Origin: Epiperipatus broadwayi
Lineage: Eukaryota > Animalia > Onychophora
Length of the DNA stretch: 64,000 nt
Reading direction: 5' to 3'
Assembly: GCA_028023455.1 (NCBI GenBank)
Contig: JAQFVV010000008.1
Coordinates: 14,322,001 to 14,386,000 of the forward strand
Positions 55,051 through 64,000 of this stretch are shown here, piece by piece. How positions within the stretch are numbered: position 1 is the first letter of the stretch; each line of letters opens with the position of its first letter. Below the pieces are notes generated by a model. That model made no database searches, had not been told where the DNA came from, and saw only the letters and a list, made by a program, of their open reading frames with translations. A program made the position numbers and the translations under genes.

Positions 55051-55606
55051 CATTTTATTAACTTCTATATATTCATTTCTAAATTGATTGTTTTTTTTTG
55101 TTTTAGTATATTTTTATTATCAACCTATCTACTTTTACTAAAATATCTTTATATTAATCTCATCCAAATTTGAATCCTCTTCAAAGTCTTAAATAATTTG
55201 TAAGTTTTAGCTTATATTTTTTGAAGTATTTTTCAAAGTTCTGGATATTAATAGTTATTACTATTCTTTATATTTTAAAAAAAGTAAATAGCTTGATGTA
55301 TTCATTTAATATATTTTGTTTTTGTAATTGAAGCCTTTCAATTAAGTTATATTTCTGCAACTTTATTTTCTTATCTTTTAATTTAGATTTATTTTGAAAA
55401 TCATTTATGAATAATTTTTATTCATATTAATCTTTATTATAATTTTTTTGTGATCTTTATTTAATTTTTCATATAATTATATGCAGTATTACTCTTCATT
55501 ATTATATTCTTATGTATAATTTATTATTAAAGTTTGTCTTCTTGAAGTTATTGCAATATTTAAATGAAAATGATAATAAGGAAATTATAAAGTGTGGAAG
55601 AATTAC

Positions 55607-55634
55607 CACGGATGTGTTGAATTTCATTGGCATT
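55607..55634 (-). CDS. Candidate antisense micro-exon (28 nt)
   Basis: aactttttatag|AAT GCC AAT GAA ATT CAA CAC ATC CGT G|gtaatt encodes NANEIQHIR; phase 0 to 1. Confidence 0.33.
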
Positions 55635-58600
55635 CTATAAAAAGTTAAATTTTTTAACTGCAATGTCCCCTATATTTTGTTCCAAGTCCCCCTCTTCCTC
55701 ATTATATCATACATCATATATAACTGCTCACATTTTCTTGATATGCTTTGATTACAGTAGAATGCATATTGTTTACAGATCTGCATATATAGAGAACATT
55801 TTAACATACACATATGTATAACAAAGATACTTTATATATATATAGCATGCATATATAAATTAAGCTTATAGTATAAACAAAATGAAAAAATAATAATAAT
55901 ATAGTTATTAATTATAAATTGAGATAGTGCGTTATTGTGCTTCGTTCATCCATATTCTCTTAAAAATAAAATAATAAATTTAATGTTCTACATTTTTGTT
56001 GAATAGCAAAATAATAGATTTTCACTACAATTATTTTTTTTCAACTTTTTTTTTTCTGTGGATATGTAATAGCATCTTATTATCAGAAGACTATAGTCTC
56101 TAGTTGTTTTTATGTTTTTCTTAGTTAAACTGTTCAAACTTTAAACTTTCTAAAGCAATAACAAGAATGTTTGACAGTTATTTTTCTGTTACTACTAAAT
56201 GGATAACTTTCATTTTATTTTTTAGGAAGCAAATTTTTTTTCACTTTTGTAAGTTTTAGCTTTTTGTGTTTAAAAAACATTTTATTACATGAAATATTGT
56301 AACCATATCAAATATAGAAAGAATAATAAAGCAAAGAATAAAATGTATATGCTTTTATTATAAGTTAAAGAAATGTTATTAATAGATGTGATAACATCAT
56401 AATGCTGTGAGACAGAAAAATGGCTGTTGCTATATTGTAAAATTTATTAAATTTATGAATTTTAATATTTTTAGTTTTTATTTACATTTTTTGGATAGCT
56501 TATAATTGAAGTAATGGATATTGATATAGCATATATCATGATTTTATTATATATATATGTCTATAAAATGTTTGACGTATTGTCTTTAGTCTATAATAAA
56601 GATATATATACAATACAACTTTATAATAAAGATATATATATTGTAACGTTATATTTTAATATTTGAATTAATAAGCATAACATGTGTGCACGAAAGTTTG
56701 TTAAAATGTAGCCAATTTAACAAACTAATCATAAAGTGATTATATGGATTTGGTATTAATATTGGATAAAAAGATTTTTAATTTAAAATTGAGAACTTTA
56801 ATATTTATTTATAAAATGAAAAATTGTATATTTATTTTTATTGTTAATGTATATAATAAGGTTATAATCTTGAAAATAACATTTAATTATTATTTTAAAA
56901 AATTTCTGTCTCAAAATTTGGCACTTTAAAATCTGTAAAACTTTCAATATTTGCCTGCTTTGTATTGTCTCCATAGCAACCAAATTAGAATTCTCCTGTA
57001 CAAATCAAAAAATGAAGTATTGTGGGTAATATTCTATATCACAATTCACATTGTAGCAACTTGTAAATACTATCACCTGCCAAAGTTTGTAGTTTTGTTT
57101 AAATAAATATGTCTGCAGAACTACATAAGTTTTAAACCTGGAATCAGTCATTTTATTAGCCTTTAATAAGATGGCCAAGTAGAGAATATTAGCTGGGCAT
57201 TTGCCTAATTGACAAATACTTCTTTTCATCATCTTAAATGAAATTAAGGAATATTAGCAATGAAAATCATTTAATACCACTTGTAAGGAAGAAAATTTGA
57301 TATTTTCATTCATTTGTGAAATTGCTTATGGAATACTATTACTTGAGATTGCATTGTAAAAATCATTTGTCTCTTTTCTAAAACTGAACTAGCTTACTGA
57401 GAGCGATTGACTACAACTCCATAAGGATTACATGGAGCATGATAAAGTTCACAGAAAATTTATGGATTAAAATAATATTAATTTTTGCATTAGTGGAAAA
57501 ATTACCCAAACCTGCAAACTAGTTTTATTAAATTAGTTCAAATTGTTGGATTAATTACTATAATTGGTCTCATAATAATTAAATGACCTGAACTGTAGCG
57601 GAATATTATCAACTCATTCGAACCTATGGAATATTAAATTTCTGCATCTTATATTGATGAAAGTTATGAAAATCCTTGAATATTCTTTTCATGCTGCTTT
57701 AACCAATGGATTAGTTTATGTATATTACTATAGTATAATGTATGCCTTAAGGAAAAATGATTAACATTCATTAGTATGATATTTTTATAATTGCATCAGA
57801 GTTGTTATGAATTACAAAAGTTATTTCCATAAATGGATTAATTAGTACGACAAGATACACTGAAATACTAATAAATAATTGTGATCTATTAAAAGTTTTG
57901 AAAAAATCAACCTCTAAAATTGATTGTATTCTCACATGAATTATGTGTTAACAACTTCTTGTGAAATTTATAATTATTAAAACTCCAAATAACCTTTAAC
58001 ATGATATGGAATATTTAAATGCATTTACATAAATTTTTACCAACATTATAAAGACCATGAACTATCAGCTCATGGATATTATATAATTATAATATTTGTT
58101 TAATTATTTTAGTGTTAAAATTATTATTAGTGTTGTGATTTCAAATAAAGTTCTTCAGGAAGCAATGATGTAAAGAACGGTATAGATAATATCTTATGGT
58201 TATCAGTAAAATTGGTACAAATGTATGTTTGTTATTATATTTGTATTGGAGATTTGTTGTATTAAGCTTTAAAATAAGCTATAATATGCTATAATTGAGT
58301 TAAATGGTTAATTTGATCTCTTTAAAATCAACCTCAGATTTTTCTACAACAAAGGAATCATAATTGAGAGTGGTGTAATCATAAAGGGTTAACTTTCCTA
58401 TTTAACCAAGAAATATTCATCTGCTTGCTAGGCAGTATATGAAAATACTCTTGTGATATTGATGATCATAAACATTAGTTAGTTAAGGCAGACTCCTAAC
58501 ATTATTTTAAACTTTTAAATATAATAAAATCTAAAAAGCATAGTAAGTCATGGTCATTAGATCTTATTCAGTTATATACTTGAATGATAACAATGCCATG

Positions 58601-58721
58601 AATTGGGTAAATATTTTATTCATTCTTTAAAGGGTGAGCAATATTTCCGATAGTGATAATGAGAAGTTGTTGCTACTTGAATTATTATTTGTTAAGGCAA
58701 CAAAACATTCCTATATCTTAC

Positions 58722-58743
58722 CTCTAATTAACGTTTGAGATTT
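58722..58743 (-). CDS. Candidate antisense micro-exon (22 nt)
   Basis: attctttcag|AAA TCT CAA ACG TTA ATT AGA G|gtaaga; strong sites, a single open frame KSQTLIR; linkage to the other candidates unresolved. Confidence 0.25.
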
Positions 58744-59372
58744 CTGAAAGAATATTATACAACCTTCTCCAATAGTGATTTGTTGTTCATATCTCTTCAT
58801 TTGATAACACACAGGTATTCAGCAACTCAGAAAATAGTTAGTAGATACAACTGCACAATAAAATCTGAAATTTTTAGTTACATTTATCGTTTTAATATTT
58901 TATCTTACAATTGTTTACAATTAATAAATTAATTAAATTTTACTATATAATTGTTTGTCATTTATTGAAAGTCATCATCATCATCTATATATTTTTACAT
59001 TTTATTTAAAATATAGTATTCTTTATTGGATTTATCTGAACTATTTTACATTTTGTTTCTCTTTGAGAATAATAAACTTATTGAGATATGATGGGATACA
59101 GTAAAATCCCTTTGCTATTTTTATCATATCATGGACATATCAGTCTTAAAATTATGAGTCATAATTTTGTTTAGAACAATTATTATTACGAATTTTATTA
59201 AGAATTCCTGAGATAAGTCACCAAGTTTAAATATATTTGTAATTTGGATAATGAAAATAAAGAAGTTTAATGAAATGCAAGACAAAGTTATGAAATATCA
59301 TATGAGAGTTTTCTGAATAATGTGAGTTGAGATGTAAAAATTGATAAATTAAGAGATAGAAATTTTTAGATT

Positions 59373-59429
59373 ATGGAAAATTTTTATTACATGAGTGGTG
59401 ATGGAAAATTTTTATTACATGAGTGGTGA
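59373..59429. repeat. Perfect 28-bp tandem duplication
   Basis: atggaaaatttttattacatgagtggtg x2. Confidence 0.95.
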
Positions 59430-60131
59430 ATATATATTATTACAAAAAAAAAAATCTGCAAATATGGAACCATCTGTATATTTGTTCAAAATATTCTGAA
59501 AACTGAAGAGAGATCAGAGGATCAAACTTAGTTTTGGCTCTTAATGTTTATGCAAATATGTGGATTTTTGGTAACAAATAAATAAACTTTGATTTATTAA
59601 ACTAGTAAACAACCATAATATAATATTCCAAATTAAGAGAACTAGAAAAAACATTTATGTAGTTCCTAAACATATTGATTCCCAAAACGTTTTGGAGCAA
59701 ATTCTTCCCAAATCTTAAATTATTAATAATTTAAAATGCTATTTTATAACATTTTATTTCAAAGTAGTCTTAAAAAAACTAGATATGATTACATTTGTTC
59801 TTCTTTTTAATCTTTATACAAATCAGTGTTACTTACAAACTCAGGACTATTCAAACTTTAAGTTTTTCTTTTTATCTAGTATCAGATTGTTTATTCAGTT
59901 TTTAAATTCTGACAGTAGCAAATAAGGAAAAAAAAAGCAAGCTATTTGATTAATTTTATTAATTGTAAATGATATTCAGATGTGATAATACTTACAGAGT
60001 ATTGAATATACTTATTAGTTTTGAATATTGAAGTTTTTTTAATATATATTTGTCTGTTTTTCATCTTATAATTATTTTAATAAATCATTTGTCAAAAAAT
60101 TAAATAGATATATATATATAACTTTTTATAA

Positions 60132-60326
<195 letters not shown>

Positions 60327-62479
60327 TAATTATTAAATATGATTAGTATACATATACATATATTTAACAAATATGTGTATTTTTTATCAATATTTATTTA
60401 ATCTTAGATATTCACCAAATTAATTAGGATAACATTGGAGATACTTACCTGGAGAAAAAAAAACATATATCATTTAACATACCTGTTACTAGATATAACT
60501 TAAATATCAGTGTTTTTTTAGTAATGAATATCGTAATGATAAATAAATAATATTTATTCTATTTAAACTTTTCCAAATACAAATAACTGTTAATAATAAC
60601 ACACAAAGACAACATAAGTTAGTAGATTATGTAATGTTTCAGAAGGTATTCTCCGCTTTTCTTCAGGCATTGCTGACCTGATCAACTTGGTTAGAAAATT
60701 GCTTAAATATTCAAGAGTGTAAAGATGTAAATTCGACTCCTATGCTAGCTTTGTCACTGGTCAGGCCAGAAACACCTGAAGAAGAGCAGAGAATAATACC
60801 ACTTGAAATGTTGTATAATTTACTAACCTGTGCTGTCAATATTTATTTTATTTTTGTTAATAGCAATCTTGTAAATTAAAATAAAATTTCAAAAGAAAAT
60901 AAAGAATGCCTTTTTTTAAATTTAATTACAGAGGGATCCTATTTTAAATGTAATTTGCTTTAGGTATTTACCATTTAGTATTTAAGATTTTCTATGAGCA
61001 TGCTATTTTTTAAACTGATGGAAATCTTTTGTAAATTTTTTATTGATGATGCTTCCATTTCATGAAGCAAAAATATTTTATCATGTTTTACAAGTGATCA
61101 ATGATAATTGTGCAGACATTTTTTTCTGTTAATTTACCAAATGATTATTAGGATTTATTTATAAATCGAGATTTTTAAAAATTAATTGGTGTAGATAAGA
61201 AAAAATTTACTATATTGCAAAAAAACAAAAACAAAGAAAATTTAAATGGAAAACTGCATGTCATCTTTTTTTATAGTGATGTATGTTTTTAAGAATATGT
61301 TGAAATATCCTGAATATAAAGTGCATATAAAATGCCACCTATTAAATGTCATTTTTTAATTGTTATCAGTCACATGGAAGTTGATAAATTAAAATGGAAT
61401 CTAATATTATAATGTAGGATTTATTATGTACACTTCTGACTGACAAATTCTCAGTATTCTTTGTTATAAATATAAATAAATGTCCTACTTCTGATATAAT
61501 ATGACAATTATAGTAAAGCAGAATGCAAAAATACAATCTGACAAGAAGATATGCAGATAGTTATCTTAAATTGCTAGAAATTTTTGTGTAATATTAAATC
61601 ACGATATACATTGAGAAATTGATTGTTGCAATATTTGAAGTAATATTGATTATAAGATAATAAGAAAATTGAAATGGATGTTAAGAAATAGAAGTTAATG
61701 TTAATTAAATATAATATTATTAAAAGTAATGAACTAAAATTAAATGATGGTGGAAAACCAGAATCAGTGCATTATATTAAGTTCTTAAAATATAGATTTA
61801 AATTTCACTGAGATCAGTACTATTAGAATTGTGAAAGTCAGAATAAGACTCATGTTTGCTATTAATGGAGCATATTCATATAAATAAAATAAAAGATTAA
61901 AATTGTAGAAAATAAAATTTCAATAATATAAAATATATTTTGATTATACTACATCACTGAAGTTATATCCATATAGTTTAGGATAAAAAAATTAGTTTTA
62001 TTATTTCTGCAACTATATTTTATATTACTGAGAAGTATGCCCATGTAAAGGAATTGGGTATGCAAAATAATGAAACAAACGATATGAAATTTTATAATAA
62101 AAGAATTAAATTTTCAATATATGCATGCATATATACCATACTATTTCAGGGAGTAAATAGTGAATTGATTAAATTTTAAATGATATTAATATGTTCAAAT
62201 ATTAATTTTCAATAATAATAAAACGTATAAGAAAGAAAAGGATAAATTAGTAATATTAAAAATTGATTCATTTTTTGTTCTTAGTTATTTTTCAAGATTT
62301 GAGATAATCTTTTTTGCGCATTTAACACTTTTCAGGAAAATAGTACACTGCTATTTTAGGATAATTTGTATCTTATTCATAGAGAAATTTTTTTTTAAAA
62401 AAAATCACAAATGCAAGAATAATTTATAAAAGAAAAATTCTAGCAATTATGAACATACAGGATTGAAGCCAGGACTGCT

Positions 62480-64000
62480 ATAAGAATTTGGGAATTCCTT
62501 TAAAATGATAGGTAAGTTTATAGAGCTAGAGAAATCGGTAAAAGCCTGAAATCTGGGCACAGCTGCTTGGGGCATTGTTTACGTGTCAAAACACATAAAA
62601 ATGCCGTTTCGGCGGCCATGGCCTTATAGGCTAACACAACATTTACGTATTGTATTAACCCATTGAGCTAGGCCGCTTTACATGACATCATACAATAAAA
62701 TTACGGCCTGTTTTGTGCTTCGAAGCTATTTAAGCATATTCGTTCTTTTCATAGCTGATTACCGTATCGCTTGAGGGTGTTTAAATTTCAAGGCAATACG
62801 ACTTTTTCAAATCTCCATAATAGAGAAATGTCATTTTGATTTTAAAAATGTGTTAATTATTAAGAATTGTCATATGGTCCCCACCCTTCCCGAAAAAAAG
62901 GTTAATATGTAAAAAAATCGGCAAAGTGTATGTTCGAACAGGCTTCGCCAAAGCTCACGCGCTAAGTCACGTTTCAGTGTGGTGGGGAAAATATTCGAGA
63001 CCACTAAAAGATCTGAGACGAATGTGCAATTTTGAAACTTTTCTTCAGTTAATTTGCCGAGTACAGAAAGTGTGTGAGATTGTGGGTTTTTTTTATTTTG
63101 TAAGGCACACATAATGTCCACTTTTTATTACAGCAATAAAATCGAATAAATAATTTTAAAAAGTCCAAAGTTTGTGTCCTTTTTTTTTTTTTTTTGTTTT
63201 TTATTTCATTAGAAATTGACAAGTATTTGGATTCAATTTTTTGCAGCGGGTTTAAAATAAATGACGACTTTGGTTGACTTTTTGTTAAGAATAACAAATT
63301 ACGAAATACACCCCACCCCCAAAAGCAGTTTATTGTAGAAGGCTAAAAAAAAAAAAAAAAAGGTAATTCGAACGAAATAGAAATCAAAGTAAAAAGTGAG
63401 AAAAAGTTGTTTCAAAAAAAGAAAAAAAAAGTTAAATTCTTGACTTTTTGATTACAATTCTTTTTCCGAGTGTGGGTGGGGGTGGGTGTTTGAAAACAAT
63501 TTTTGAATCGGCAAAAACACAAAAGTAAATTTGGATTTAATATTAAGAAAAACAATTACGGCAACCAAAAAGAAATCAAAATTTGAAACAAGTCCCAAAG
63601 TTGATTCTTCTCTTTTTTCAGCGCTGTTAAAATAATTGACTATTTTTGTTGCCTTTTTGTTAATAATAAACAGTATGAATTCCCCTCCCCCACTCAAAAA
63701 GCTGTTTCTTGTAGTAGCCAAAAAAAAAAGGCTAATTCAAACATAATCTAAATCCAAGTGATAACAATTTGTGTTTTAAAAAAAAAGTAAAATTAATAAT
63801 AAGAAAAACCATTTAGTCAAGACAAAAAAAAAAAAGAAAGGTAGAATTAAGTTCTAAACAAGTCGCAAATAATTGTATTCTATTTTTTTGGCGGTGGGAT
63901 TCAAACAAATTTTTTTGACGTCGTGAAACGGTCCCAAGTTTTCAAATGATAAAAAGGAAAAAAATACAATTAGCAAAATTTGTTGAAAAAATATCAGGTT
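62480..64000. other. CpG-rich segment: unmethylated regulatory region or young DNA-transposon insertion
   Basis: Dozens of CG dinucleotides (e.g. gccgtttcggcggcc, cacgcgc, acgtcgtg) against a CpG-starved background; no long ORF; degenerate repeat at 63281-63373 and 63656-63742. Confidence 0.45.

Noticed and set aside
59837-59908. Minus-strand exon candidate with a gtaagt donor
   Set aside because: Stops in all three frames
60441-60452. ATACTTACCTGG as a U1 snRNA gene
   Set aside because: Only the first 12 nt match; the sequence continues into an A-run with no U1 stem-loops or Sm site
62655-62670. TTAA-CCC piggyBac left end
   Set aside because: No matching GGG-TTAA right end or transposase was found in the window

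Overview
AT-rich, CpG-depleted eukaryotic DNA, probably arthropod judging by the V-ATPase motifs NPWSRIYP and KLPGKSVMD. The whole window lies inside one + strand gene, V-type H+-ATPase subunit B (ATP6V1B/Vha55). Eight internal coding exons (794 nt, GT-AG, in phase) are present; the first and last exons fall outside the window. The introns hold a near full-length but broken non-LTR retrotransposon (ORF1 PHD + coiled coil + SGNH esterase; ORF2 APE-RT-CCHC), several decayed RTE-type LINEs, a decayed full-length hAT, two MITEs and Penelope-like remnants. The standout feature is at 13858-16245: a 2.4-kb insertion flanked by an 11-bp direct repeat and built from 456-bp units, three head-to-tail forward and three inverted, forming one long palindrome. 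Every unit carries a type I hammerhead ribozyme motif with a palindromic stem III, so this looks like a retrozyme or Penelope pseudo-LTR array. The three ribozymes antisense to the host gene are identical and intact. All three in the sense of the host pre-mRNA carry lesions in the core, the cleavage triplet or stem II. A chain of short, phase-compatible minus-strand exons suggests a nested antisense micro-exon gene; this is tentative. All alignments and counts were done by eye.
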